Shown here piece by piece: positions 21,962 to 31,485 of a DNA stretch of 33,296 bases. The stretch lies in assembly GCA_030636255.1 (NCBI GenBank), contig DAOVXH010000001.1, forward strand, positions 1 to 33,296, given 5' to 3'. How positions within the stretch are numbered: position 1 is the stretch's first letter; each line of letters begins with the position of its first letter. Position numbers and translations under genes: made by a program. Under the pieces are notes generated by a model that was given only the letters and a program-made list of their open reading frames with translations, was not told the origin of the DNA and searched no databases. This DNA comes from Methanomassiliicoccales archaeon. GTDB lineage: Archaea; Thermoplasmatota; Thermoplasmata; SG8-5.

Positions 21962-23854
21962 ATGGCGAAGAAAACCTGGCAATTATTTCCATATGAGCCC
22001 CGGCCAAATCAGAAGATTATAATGGAGCATATCTGCAATATCCTTGAAAAAAAGAGCCACCTAATTGCAGAGTCTGGCACAGGTTCAGGAAAGACAATCT
22101 GCTCCATTGCCCCATCTGTGGAATATTCTTTGAAACATAAGAAAAAAGTACTTTATCTAACAAGGACAAATTCTCAGCAAAAGCAGGTAATAATTGAGTT
22201 GAGGAAGATTCAAGATAAGAAAAAAATATTCGGAATTGGAATGCAGGGACGCAAGAACATGTGTCCATTGCTGGATGACCGCCCGGACCTGGAAAAGGGA
22301 AGTGCAGAAGAACTTTCAAAGATCTGTGGGGACCTGAAGAAGGCCAGCATTGACGGTGGGAAGGGATGTAAATATTATTCCAATCTTCTAAACCATGACA
22401 TTGATGATGTCCGGGCATTGGCAAAGAGAGACATTCCAGCAGTTGAGGAGTTTGTTGGCCTGTGCAAGGAATATGGAGACGTGTGCCCCTACGAGGCAAA
22501 TAAATTGCTCTTGAAGGAGGCAATTGTTATTACTGCGCCATACATTTATTTTTTCAGTCCGATAATAAGACGCGCATTACTGGATTGGATGAATGTACAT
22601 ATTTCAGACCTGATAGTTATCGTGGACGAGGCCCATAACCTTTCAGACTATGCCAGAGAATTATATTCCCGGGAACTCACTGTCCGGGCCCTGGAATTGG
22701 CTGCTCTGGAGAGCCAGGACATTGGAAATCCACAGCTTACCACCGACCTTGACCTTTCAGGAGCCTGCAATATGATGCAGAACCTTATTCAGTCCACAGC
22801 TTCGGAATATGTTATTGACGATGATGGCCTGGTTCCTCCAACCGAGATACGGGAACAACTAATGAGTCGTTTGAAGGGCACAAGTCGTGAAGTTCAGGTG
22901 ATGATTATGAACATGGTGACCCATGGGGACATAGTGCGGGAAACTAAAAGAAAAAAAGGAAAATTGCCGCGCTCACACATCTTCAAAACTGCTACTTTTT
23001 TGCAGGACTGGGTAATGCTGGAAGAATCTGAATATGCGAAGCTTGTATCTGCAGGGGACAATCCGCAGCTTGAGGCCTACTGCCTGAATCCTGCCAAGGC
23101 CACCGGCATTCTCAATGATTGCCACAGTTCCATACATCTTTCAGGAACCATTAATCCCATTATGGAATACAGAGATTCCATTGGTTTACCTCAGGACACA
23201 GACTGCCTCAGCCTGCCAAGCCCCTTTGATAAGAAAAACCGTCTTGTGATATTCACAGATGATATGACAACAAAATATGATACACTGGCCCAGGACGAGG
23301 AAATGATTCCCAATATGAAAAAATTAATATGTGAAATATTTGATAAATATCACAGAAACACTATCATATTTTTTCCTAGCTTCTCACTATTGGCAAGGTT
23401 CTCTGATATTGCTGCCGAGACCAAAAGGGATGTATACTTTGAGGAACAGGGCATGAGCCAGGAAGAACTCATGAGCACAGTTAAGAACTTCAAATTGAAA
23501 GAAGGGGCAATTATGTTCGCAGTCATGGGCGGCAGAATTTCCGAGGGCATTGATTTTCCAGATAGGGAATTGGAGATTGCCATTCTGGTGGGCATACCAT
23601 TCCCAAAACCAACTGCAAAGCATCGCTCTCTTTTGAATTATTATGACAGAAAGTTCGGCAAGGGATGGGAATATACAGTCAAGGCACCAACAGTTCGAAA
23701 GATGATGCAGAGTATTGGCCGTTTGCTCCGCCGGGAGTCTGATAGAGGAGTGGCCCTGATATTGGATTCCAGAATAACACAGTTCAAGAACGAGATTCCG
23801 GAAGCTAGCATTACAGAGAAGCCAATAGAGGATATAGAATTATTTTTTAATTGA
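21962..23854 (+). CDS. xpd: XPD/Rad3-type Fe-S DNA helicase (SF2, DinG family)
   Basis: Walker A AESGTGSGKT and DEAH (VDEAHNL) are present. Four Cys between helicase motifs I and II (NMCPL, KICGD, KGCKYY, DVCPYE) fit the 4Fe-4S domain. C-terminal motifs are GRISEGIDF and QSIGRLLRRESD. I place the start at ATG 21962 (MAKKTWQLFPYEPRPNQ). Confidence 0.92.
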   Translation: MAKKTWQLFPYEPRPNQKIIMEHICNILEKKSHLIAESGTGSGKTICSIAPSVEYSLKHKKKVLYLTRTNSQQKQVIIELRKIQDKKKIFGIGMQGRKNMCPLLDDRPDLEKGSAEELSKICGDLKKASIDGGKGCKYYSNLLNHDIDDVRALAKRDIPAVEEFVGLCKEYGDVCPYEANKLLLKEAIVITAPYIYFFSPIIRRALLDWMNVHISDLIVIVDEAHNLSDYARELYSRELTVRALELAALESQDIGNPQLTTDLDLSGACNMMQNLIQSTASEYVIDDDGLVPPTEIREQLMSRLKGTSREVQVMIMNMVTHGDIVRETKRKKGKLPRSHIFKTATFLQDWVMLEESEYAKLVSAGDNPQLEAYCLNPAKATGILNDCHSSIHLSGTINPIMEYRDSIGLPQDTDCLSLPSPFDKKNRLVIFTDDMTTKYDTLAQDEEMIPNMKKLICEIFDKYHRNTIIFFPSFSLLARFSDIAAETKRDVYFEEQGMSQEELMSTVKNFKLKEGAIMFAVMGGRISEGIDFPDRELEIAILVGIPFPKPTAKHRSLLNYYDRKFGKGWEYTVKAPTVRKMMQSIGRLLRRESDRGVALILDSRITQFKNEIPEASITEKPIEDIELFFN

Positions 23855-23981
23855 GCTGAACCTTATTTATATTCAACATATTAACAATAAATAAATACGT
23901 GGTTCGCAATCACCAGAGGGTAATGTAAGTTTAATGCTTTCAAATACTATCAATTGTAAAAGTTAGGACGGTAGGGGAAAA

Positions 23982-24926
23982 ATGCCAAAGAAAAAAAGTT
24001 CCAGTAAATCAAATAAATCTTCAACCAGCAAAAAAAAGGATGATTATGCAAATCAACTTTTTGACTGGCTTTCCGAGGGATATGTTGTCAAACCCCTGAC
24101 CGAGGTCATCAAGTCCAAGGACACAAAGAAAATGGATGAGATGTTCTCTGATTATTCTGATAAAATAAGCAGACTGAAGGATGTAAAAGCTAAACTTCAG
24201 GATTTGGAGTTTGACCAAAATCACAGCATGTACGATGAGGTTAACAAGAAGCTCAATGACCCAATGCAGGTGGCCTATCTTGAAAATTTCGCAAGATTAT
24301 TTGAGGAGGGGCCAAAACTCAATGAGCTTAAAGCAGAGCTGGCAAGCCTTAATACCACAGGTTTCGAAGAGATGGTCAAGCAAATAAAAACAATGTTCAA
24401 GGATAATGATGATGTAGATGACATTGAGAGGGCCATCAAGAAGCTGAAGAAAAAGATCAAGGAAAAATTCTTTGAATCAGCATTCGAGGAGGAGGCTATT
24501 CCACTGGAGGAAGAGAAAGAAGACAAATTTATTGCAGAGACCATTTTCCTTCTGCACAAGGATGGTACACTCCTTTCAGTTAAAAGTAAAAAACCACCAG
24601 CCCAACTAGATAAGAAACTTATGTCAAGGATGGTAATGGCCATAAAGGAACAGATGAACCGTGCCTTCAAGGAGGGGGAACATGTGCATACCCTGAATTA
24701 TGAAGGACATACAATCATTCTGGAGGACAGCGTCCATGTCTATGCTGCAATTGTTGTGGTGGGCGAGGCAAAGCCAGTCATGTACAGAATAATTCTCAAA
24801 GCTTTGCAGATAATGGAAAAGAAACTGATCAAGGAATTTGATGACTGGACTGGAGACAGATCCAAACTTGAGAACCTGGACAGATACACAAGTGCTATTT
24901 TCCAGGCATTGGATAGGCTCCATTGA
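23982..24926 (+). CDS. coiled-coil protein with C-terminal Roadblock/longin-like alpha-beta module (function unknown)
   Basis: 314 aa. The N-terminus is K/S-rich and is followed by long heptad-like charged helices (KKLKKKIKEK). The C-terminal module is ETIFLLHKDGTLLSV...MVMAIKEQMNRAF...HVYAAIVVVGE...DDWTGD. Confidence 0.7.
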   Translation: MPKKKSSSKSNKSSTSKKKDDYANQLFDWLSEGYVVKPLTEVIKSKDTKKMDEMFSDYSDKISRLKDVKAKLQDLEFDQNHSMYDEVNKKLNDPMQVAYLENFARLFEEGPKLNELKAELASLNTTGFEEMVKQIKTMFKDNDDVDDIERAIKKLKKKIKEKFFESAFEEEAIPLEEEKEDKFIAETIFLLHKDGTLLSVKSKKPPAQLDKKLMSRMVMAIKEQMNRAFKEGEHVHTLNYEGHTIILEDSVHVYAAIVVVGEAKPVMYRIILKALQIMEKKLIKEFDDWTGDRSKLENLDRYTSAIFQALDRLH

Positions 24927-24927
24927 G

Positions 24928-24971
24928 TCCTAACTTTGATATTTTACGATAAATAAGCAAAAAAGTTAGGA
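24928..24971. repeat. 9-bp perfect inverted repeat TCCTAACTT-N26-AAGTTAGGA just after the stop of the 314-aa gene
   Basis: Read directly. It lies in the spacer before the V4R gene. It may be a weak terminator or processing hairpin. Confidence 0.3.
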
Positions 24972-25058
24972 AGAACGCAGATTTGGCAGCGTGAATATGA
25001 TGTCAAATTTGCGTTAACTTAATTAACTGTGCAAAATTATTTAACCCATTATGTAGAT

Positions 25059-25484
25059 ATGAGTGGCACCATGAGGTTTATTAGGATTTCGCAGGAAGAG
25101 TTGGCTAAAATTCGTAGTTTATATGAAAGCGTGATGTCTCATGCCTGCCATGGCCTTTTCTACAGGGAAGGAGGGACCCTGGGCAAGGAAATAGTAAAGA
25201 TGGCAAGCGAGGACAATGACAACTTTTTGGAAACCGCAGGAAGGCTCATAAAAGGAAGGGGCTGGGTAGAAGATATTAGCTTCATGGGAGATAGAGTCAT
25301 CATCAATGGCTCTTTCGAGGCAAAAGTTGGTCTTGAGGAACCATCTTGCCACAGGCTAAGAGGAATGGTGCATGCTATACTCGAGCATCACACAGGCAAA
25401 AAGCTTGTGTGCCTTGAAGAGAAATGCATAAGTATAGGAGATGCACTATGTGAGATTGTCGTTAGAGATATGGAGGGAAGCTAA
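25059..25484 (+). CDS. V4R (4-vinyl reductase) domain protein
   Basis: The sequence is GLFYREGGTLGKEI...GRLIKGRGWVEDI...CHRLRGMVHAIL...CLEEKCISIGDALCEIVV, with the conserved Cys pattern of V4R small-molecule-binding domains. The start is ATG 25059 or ATG 25071; the GTG at 25029 is less likely. Confidence 0.8.
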   Translation: MSGTMRFIRISQEELAKIRSLYESVMSHACHGLFYREGGTLGKEIVKMASEDNDNFLETAGRLIKGRGWVEDISFMGDRVIINGSFEAKVGLEEPSCHRLRGMVHAILEHHTGKKLVCLEEKCISIGDALCEIVVRDMEGS

Positions 25485-25835
25485 ATGACAGAAGTGAGGA
25501 AGATACTGGACCAGTTAAAAACCATTGAAGGTGTGATTGGTTGCGGAATTGTGAGTAAGGACGGACGTCCGGTGGAGATGAGATTACCCTCAGACATGAA
25601 CGTGGAGACCATAGCCATAATGGCAGCAACAGTATTTGGCGGCTCCATGACATTGAATACTGAAGCGGGTAGGCAAAATCCCAGAACAATAAAGATAAAA
25701 ACAGAAGGTTTCAAAACTACTATATGCCAATGCGGCAGACGATCCTTGGCAATTGTCATGATGGAAGATAATACAGACAGGGATCAGGTAAACGAATTTC
25801 TAAATCAACTGGGAAATGAGTTCAGGATTAGCTAG
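25485..25835 (+). CDS. Roadblock/LC7 (MglB-like) domain protein
   Basis: 116 aa. ILDQLKTIEGVIGCGIVSKDGRPVEMRLPSDMNVETIAIMAATVFG is a canonical Robl/LC7 N-terminal pattern. The ATG is the base immediately after the V4R stop. Confidence 0.88.
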   Translation: MTEVRKILDQLKTIEGVIGCGIVSKDGRPVEMRLPSDMNVETIAIMAATVFGGSMTLNTEAGRQNPRTIKIKTEGFKTTICQCGRRSLAIVMMEDNTDRDQVNEFLNQLGNEFRIS

Positions 25836-25879
25836 TTTCAAAATTTGGCAAACATAACTGGTTAAATGTCATATTTGGA

Positions 25880-26278
25880 TTAGTTCTCATCCCTTGACCA
25901 GATATCGTCATTCATTTCTCCATATATTGCATATTCATCTATTTCTTCCACTTCTTCCTTTCCTCTGGATAATTTTAGAATATATGGGCGGTTTAAAAAC
26001 CAGTAATGAAGTCTCCAGACCTTTCCCTTCTTAATGGTGACCTCTTCCTGCCTGGTATATACCAATCTTTCTTCTTCAAGTTTATAGAATATATCACGGT
26101 TTTGAGGAGTTAAACGGTTATCAACAATAGCATAATCAAAACCATAGAGGCTTATAACAAACTCTGCAAGATCCTGAACAGCTTCTTCAGAATAGCCCTT
26201 CTCACCTAGGGTCTTCTGAAATGCAATCACCAGATCCTCCAATTTTATTACCGCCACTGTGCCTCCTCGGCATCTCAA
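25880..26278 (-). CDS. hypothetical protein, possible winged-helix fold with acidic C-terminus
   Basis: This is a 132-aa ORF. IFYKLEEERLVYTRQEEVTIKKGKVWRLHYW looks like a recognition helix plus wing. The maximal ORF opens at TTG 26278. GTG 26257, preceded by GGAGG, is an alternative start. Confidence 0.55.
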   Translation of the reverse strand: MRCRGGTVAVIKLEDLVIAFQKTLGEKGYSEEAVQDLAEFVISLYGFDYAIVDNRLTPQNRDIFYKLEEERLVYTRQEEVTIKKGKVWRLHYWFLNRPYILKLSRGKEEVEEIDEYAIYGEMNDDIWSRDEN

Positions 26279-26401
26279 TGTTATTCCATCTTATAATTGT
26301 ATCTATATAGTAATTAATGATAGATTAATAGTTAATATATAAAATAGAGAGAAAAGGCCGGATAAAAAGTACTTTCAGACAGATAAAATATAAAATAAAT
26401 A

Positions 26402-26429
26402 GAAAAAGGGGGGAACCTTTCGATTCCCC
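26402..26429 (-). terminator. hairpin plus T-run immediately downstream of the S8 protease gene
   Basis: On the minus strand the sequence reads GGGGAA-tcgaaagg-TTCCCC followed by CCTTTTTTCTATTTATTT, about 16 nt after the TAA stop. Confidence 0.55.
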
Positions 26430-26445
26430 ATTCTTCGTTTTTACC

Positions 26446-29400
26446 TTATGGGCTTACAGTCCACGTAATCAATGCGTCTACATGAATCCAGTAAGCATTG
26501 CCTTCTGACATGTCTACCTGACTCAAGTCACTCTCGTCATTGATGTATGGTGTTGCTGCCTGGTATTCTCCAATCCAGTTCACTCCAAGACCTAGCAATG
26601 AATCCGCGGCGTTTTCGCCTGTTACAGATGGGTATCCAACAAGATTCCATCCTGGATTCAGTGTCACATCAACAGGTACGGCGGAGTAATCACCAACGCT
26701 GCTTGTTGTCAGTGTTCCGTCATTGGCTGTCAAGTGCAGCCACACACCCATGTTCTGGTTGATTTGTGGCATGTCGCTGAGACTTGGGCTGTTTACACTG
26801 TATGTCTTCCATGGATTGCTGGCATCAAGTGGGTTGTACCATTTTGCAATATCCCAGGTTGTACCGCCGCCACTGAAGTCTGTAAGAACAGTTTCAATAT
26901 TACCGTTCATCACATACGCAAAGGACACGAATGCCCATTCGCCGACTGAATAACCTGACGTATCAATGTCGTAACCGAACTGTGGTTCTCCACCAGCGTC
27001 ATTGATGGTAAAGGTAGTTGAGTCATAACTGCCCCAGTTACCCTGTGCGTCCCTTCCATGTATGTATAATGTGTGTTCACCTATGCTCCATGTGGCTGAA
27101 GTACCGCCATTCAAGGTCACATCTTCCACAGCAAGGTTAAAGGCACCATCTGCTGGGTCCAGCGCTGTTCCAAATCCATCTGAGCCAACTGAGTCAATAA
27201 AGTACTCTGCTTCGGCAATAGCGGAACCGCCCTTATTGCTGTCATCGATAGTGGCATTGAACCAGACATTTGTAAACTGATCTACTGGATTTGGTTCTAC
27301 ACGTATGGAACCTGCCTGAACTACCGGACCCTGTGTGTCTCCACCAGGTCTATTGATGGAGAATACTGCATCGGATTCATCCGAACCAACAAGGTATGGA
27401 GCTAAATCATCAGTCACTACCATTTTTATGAGGTAGTTAACACCGTTCTCCAGAGCTGAAACATCCCAGTCTGCATCTCTATCAGCGATACCTATTGGGG
27501 CCACTGTAGTTGCAGGGAACCAGGCATCACCAGCATTGGGGCTGTAGAACATCTCCTGTGACAGAACACCTGCGCCATAGGTTGTAACATCCCACTGAAC
27601 ATTGTATGTGTCAGTTACTATGGTCTCGCCACCATCTGGTTGTATTATAGAAACATCAGGATGGTCATGACTGCCAAGAAGCCAGGTTATACCCTTATCA
27701 AGAACTTCCGAACGTATTGCAGTCTCGACAACATAGCCTCCACCGACAGCTGTCCATTCGAAACAGTTAATGACTTTTCTTGTGTTTGTGCCGTCCCATA
27801 CTATAGCAGGATCGTCACCACCAACTGAGTCATTGGCTGCTGTGGACACCGCCTTAATTCCTGCATTGTTCATTAGGTAGTTAATACCATTGAGGAACCA
27901 GACATTGGATGTAGTGTATCCTGATGGTACAGCTGTAATCTCATCACCGGCTCCTCCAGCATCCATTACTTCAAGAGTAATTCCGCCAGTGTAATCCCCA
28001 CTTATGAGGTCACTAGCTACACCTACCAATTCGTTTGCTTCTGCATAATCATTGACCCAATTAGTGTTCATCTGGGAAGCTAACCACGAATCTGTAGCTG
28101 CATCGCCATTACCGCCACTAGCCATACCCCAAGCAATATCGTGACCTGAGGCCCATATCCTGCCGCCGCCATCATTGTAATCCTTGACTATTGACTGTTG
28201 GTTGGCTGAGAATGGTGGGTAGTAATTGCTACCAATTTGCCACATAACAATCTTGTAACTCTGCAGGGTTGCCAGTGATGGATCGCCATCAAGCCATGTT
28301 GGCCAGATATTATAACTCCAGCCTAGCTGGGTCAGTGACCATTCATAGCAATCACGAACATATGCTAATGAGCTTAGGCCCCTCTCATAATCTGGTGGGG
28401 CACCATTCATTACCACCAATATGTCACCTTTGCTTCCAGTGGTGAAGGTATAATGGTCTCCTCCATTGTCATCTCTTACGACATTACCATGCAAATCAGT
28501 TGATTCCACATCATAGTAATAAAGGGTTCCACCGGTCATACCAGATACGGTCACCAAAGCAGATGTAGTGTATGGAGTATCCATTACCTCCTTCTGACTA
28601 AGGCTAGCAGGGACTGTACCATAATAAACGGTCGCGTTACCCTGTTCACTTAGGTCCCAAGCAACCTGTGCCGAGGATATGGTTGTCAATTCGGTTCTAA
28701 CATTGGTTATTACGGGGCCATAACCATCAATTGATGCGTAGGCATAGGCCATGTGTGGATTACCTGTGGTATCATCATATGCTGCTATTATGTCATCGTC
28801 GCCTGTAACTGCAAGAATACCATTACCTGCTGGGTCTGCGCCATTCAGTGTGAATTCTACTGTACCTTCAAATGTGCCTGCGCCACCCTCTGTAAGGGTT
28901 ATGGACTCACTGTCACCAGAGCCAGCTGAGCTGACATCAACTGCCAGTGTACCTGCACCTACTTTTCCTGAATCTTCTACAATTATGTTAGCGACCTGGT
29001 TAACTCCGTAAAGATCCTGGTCCAACTGAATTGTACCATAGTCCAGGTCCAATGAACCAGTCAGGACTATTGCAAAGGGCTGTGGAGCAAAATCAACATC
29101 GTAGCCGGTAACACGAACCACAACTTCACCACCGCTGGCAGGGAGTCCGCCAGTCGCAATCTTGATGTGTTCAATATTGTTAACGCGGTCATTGGTTTCT
29201 GTAGTGACTGGAACAGAGTATCCCGGGGTTCCTGAGAACACGTTGCCGTAGTATATGTTTCCATTCACTTCAACTTCCAGATCCAAATCATTGACAAGTG
29301 CAACGCTTGAACCTGCAATTGCAGGGTAGTCATTCCAGCATATTGTGACTCTGAGGTCCTGGGCATTGTCCTCTACCCAATATTTGTACTCTACAGTTCT

Positions 29401-31485
29401 TCCGGTCTCGACACCATTGTCACCGTCAAATACCTGAAGCTTTCTGGCATCTTCGGTTGGGGTAGAGAAGTACAGTGAGTTGTCCAGATTAATACGGCCG
29501 AATCCCTGGTCTGGGTTCGGGTAAGCCATATTTCCGTTTCCGATGTCATACTGAATATTGTGTGCTCCAAGGCCAGTCATCTCATCAGCACCGTTAACTA
29601 ACAGGGCTTTGATTAGGCTGTGGCTTGGATCAAACTCATTGCCGGCAACTTCCGCGCCAGTTGGGTAAAATCCAGTCATGAAGTACTGGTTGCACAAAAG
29701 AATGGCTGCAATTGCATTTGGGGCGGCCATACTTGTTCCGTCGAATGACACTGAAAGGGTTGTGCTACTTGACTGTGCAGAATCCACTCTCTGTCCTGAT
29801 GCCATAACATCTGGCTTAATCCTGTTATCGAATGTAGGGCCACGGGAACTGAATGCAGATACTTCCTCAATATTTTGCTGACGCCTCTGGTTTACTGACA
29901 TCGCATCGTGTCCACATGAACCGATGGATATAGTGTTCTTCGATTCTGCCTGCTGACCAATAGTTCCAGAGCTAGGACCTGAATTACCTGCGCTCCATGT
30001 GAACAACCATTCTGGATTGTCATAAACCCACTGGTCAATCATCTGAGCATCACCAGTGTATATACCCTGGGAATCTGATCCCCAGCTCTGTGTGTAAGCC
30101 CTTGCGCCGTCATCTTTTGAAGGCTGCCAGGTGGTATAATAATCAGCTGGTGGGTACACATATTGTGGATCCATAGTGATTTCATTACCGATATCAAAGA
30201 AAGAAACCTTTGCACCAGGTGCTGTACCATCATCTGCATTGGAACCGCCTACTGGATCATCGTATCCTATAACCGTTCCTATAACGTGGGTTCCATGATC
30301 ATTAGAGCCATCTGCATAGTGGTCATTTTCAGCTGCATCGTCGGTCATGTACCTAACTATCTTCCTGTGGGATATGACTGTGTTGAGTGGTATGTCATCG
30401 TTGTCATATGTTGTGCCATCATTCTGGAACATAAGGTGATCTACCCTTATTCCAGAATCTGAACATCCAAATACCACTGGATTTCCAGTTCCATCATCCT
30501 GACCATAAATTCCCTGATTCCACACAGGTGTTGTTGTATCGACAACATTATAGTTATCATTGAGAGGGTCAGGTGCACCAGTATATACAAGTGCAGTTCC
30601 AGACTGAGTAATACTGTGTGACATGTCATTGTAATTCTTTGGCTGGTCAAAGTATTCTATTCTCAAGACACCATCAATTTGTGCAATATCGCCAAGAAGG
30701 GATGTATCGAAGTTTGCCCTTATGTAGCCCATTGTCTCGCCGGCAATATGTGTCGGCATAGCATAATCGTCAAAGAATTTGCCCTTGCCAGATTTGGCCA
30801 GGAGCTTGGCAACTTCGGAATTTACATATGACTGTTTTTCCGGGAAAGTGTATATAGTTACTGGTTGCTCTCCAGACTTGCCATCGAATACCTGAGATAT
30901 CTTGTAGCCAGGTTCAAAATTACCTACCCACATGACAGAATCCAGGTTCTTTATAACTTCTAGGGAATCTGTGTTCATGCCAACAAGTGCGGTGTATGAG
31001 TCTGCAGGCCCATAGATTTTTCCGCCATTTCGCTCAACATCATCTTGCCACTCTTGCTTGACTGGGCCAATGAATTTTACAAAGTAATAATCATAGTATC
31101 TAGCTTCCTGGGTTCTAAGATTTTCCGAGATGGGTGAATTGCCCTTCATCACATCATGGGAATAACCATTGAAGTTGAATGTAGTTCTGGACTTCATAGT
31201 TTCTACTTGACGTCCCCTCTGGAGCTGTACTTTCTGCTCTGAAGTGATCTCGGCCATTACGAAACTATCATATTCCTCGACTACCTTGATATTACTTGGT
31301 AAATCAGTTGCATCCTCCGTCCTATCCAACTGGATGATTACATACTCTGTATCTGCAATTGCATCTACTGTTTCTGTATCATAAGTTCCAGCTAGTGTAA
31401 GGCCGGCAGGTATCACCATTGCTAATGCAATAGCAATAACCAAAACTCTGCTCACAAAAGTCTTTCTATTATTCTCTTGTTCCAT
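26446..31485 (-). CDS. giant secreted subtilisin-like serine protease (peptidase S8) with propeptide-like repeats, P-domain-like beta-sandwich, FN3-like domain, GATase1/ThuA-like domain, Ig-like domains and the shared C-terminal domain
   Basis: 1679 aa, with an N-terminal anchor/signal VSRVLVIAIALAMVIPAGLTLA. The catalytic triad motifs are GCSDSGI (Asp codon 30457-30459), HGTHVIGT (His codon 30295-30297) and GTSMAAP (Ser codon 29731-29733), plus SAGNSG. P-domain-like sequence LVNDLDLEV...NNIEHIKI follows. GGAGG lies 7 nt upstream of ATG 31485. Confidence 0.92.
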   Translation of the reverse strand: MEQENNRKTFVSRVLVIAIALAMVIPAGLTLAGTYDTETVDAIADTEYVIIQLDRTEDATDLPSNIKVVEEYDSFVMAEITSEQKVQLQRGRQVETMKSRTTFNFNGYSHDVMKGNSPISENLRTQEARYYDYYFVKFIGPVKQEWQDDVERNGGKIYGPADSYTALVGMNTDSLEVIKNLDSVMWVGNFEPGYKISQVFDGKSGEQPVTIYTFPEKQSYVNSEVAKLLAKSGKGKFFDDYAMPTHIAGETMGYIRANFDTSLLGDIAQIDGVLRIEYFDQPKNYNDMSHSITQSGTALVYTGAPDPLNDNYNVVDTTTPVWNQGIYGQDDGTGNPVVFGCSDSGIRVDHLMFQNDGTTYDNDDIPLNTVISHRKIVRYMTDDAAENDHYADGSNDHGTHVIGTVIGYDDPVGGSNADDGTAPGAKVSFFDIGNEITMDPQYVYPPADYYTTWQPSKDDGARAYTQSWGSDSQGIYTGDAQMIDQWVYDNPEWLFTWSAGNSGPSSGTIGQQAESKNTISIGSCGHDAMSVNQRRQQNIEEVSAFSSRGPTFDNRIKPDVMASGQRVDSAQSSSTTLSVSFDGTSMAAPNAIAAILLCNQYFMTGFYPTGAEVAGNEFDPSHSLIKALLVNGADEMTGLGAHNIQYDIGNGNMAYPNPDQGFGRINLDNSLYFSTPTEDARKLQVFDGDNGVETGRTVEYKYWVEDNAQDLRVTICWNDYPAIAGSSVALVNDLDLEVEVNGNIYYGNVFSGTPGYSVPVTTETNDRVNNIEHIKIATGGLPASGGEVVVRVTGYDVDFAPQPFAIVLTGSLDLDYGTIQLDQDLYGVNQVANIIVEDSGKVGAGTLAVDVSSAGSGDSESITLTEGGAGTFEGTVEFTLNGADPAGNGILAVTGDDDIIAAYDDTTGNPHMAYAYASIDGYGPVITNVRTELTTISSAQVAWDLSEQGNATVYYGTVPASLSQKEVMDTPYTTSALVTVSGMTGGTLYYYDVESTDLHGNVVRDDNGGDHYTFTTGSKGDILVVMNGAPPDYERGLSSLAYVRDCYEWSLTQLGWSYNIWPTWLDGDPSLATLQSYKIVMWQIGSNYYPPFSANQQSIVKDYNDGGGRIWASGHDIAWGMASGGNGDAATDSWLASQMNTNWVNDYAEANELVGVASDLISGDYTGGITLEVMDAGGAGDEITAVPSGYTTSNVWFLNGINYLMNNAGIKAVSTAANDSVGGDDPAIVWDGTNTRKVINCFEWTAVGGGYVVETAIRSEVLDKGITWLLGSHDHPDVSIIQPDGGETIVTDTYNVQWDVTTYGAGVLSQEMFYSPNAGDAWFPATTVAPIGIADRDADWDVSALENGVNYLIKMVVTDDLAPYLVGSDESDAVFSINRPGGDTQGPVVQAGSIRVEPNPVDQFTNVWFNATIDDSNKGGSAIAEAEYFIDSVGSDGFGTALDPADGAFNLAVEDVTLNGGTSATWSIGEHTLYIHGRDAQGNWGSYDSTTFTINDAGGEPQFGYDIDTSGYSVGEWAFVSFAYVMNGNIETVLTDFSGGGTTWDIAKWYNPLDASNPWKTYSVNSPSLSDMPQINQNMGVWLHLTANDGTLTTSSVGDYSAVPVDVTLNPGWNLVGYPSVTGENAADSLLGLGVNWIGEYQAATPYINDESDLSQVDMSEGNAYWIHVDALITWTVSP
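26449..26976 (-). repeat. dispersed coding repeat, copy 2 (C-terminal domain shared with 18609-19139)
   Basis: See copy 1. The sequence runs GYDIDTSGYSVGEWAFVSFAYVMNGNIETVLTD...GWNLVGYPS...GNAYWIHVDALITWTVSP. Confidence 0.85.
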
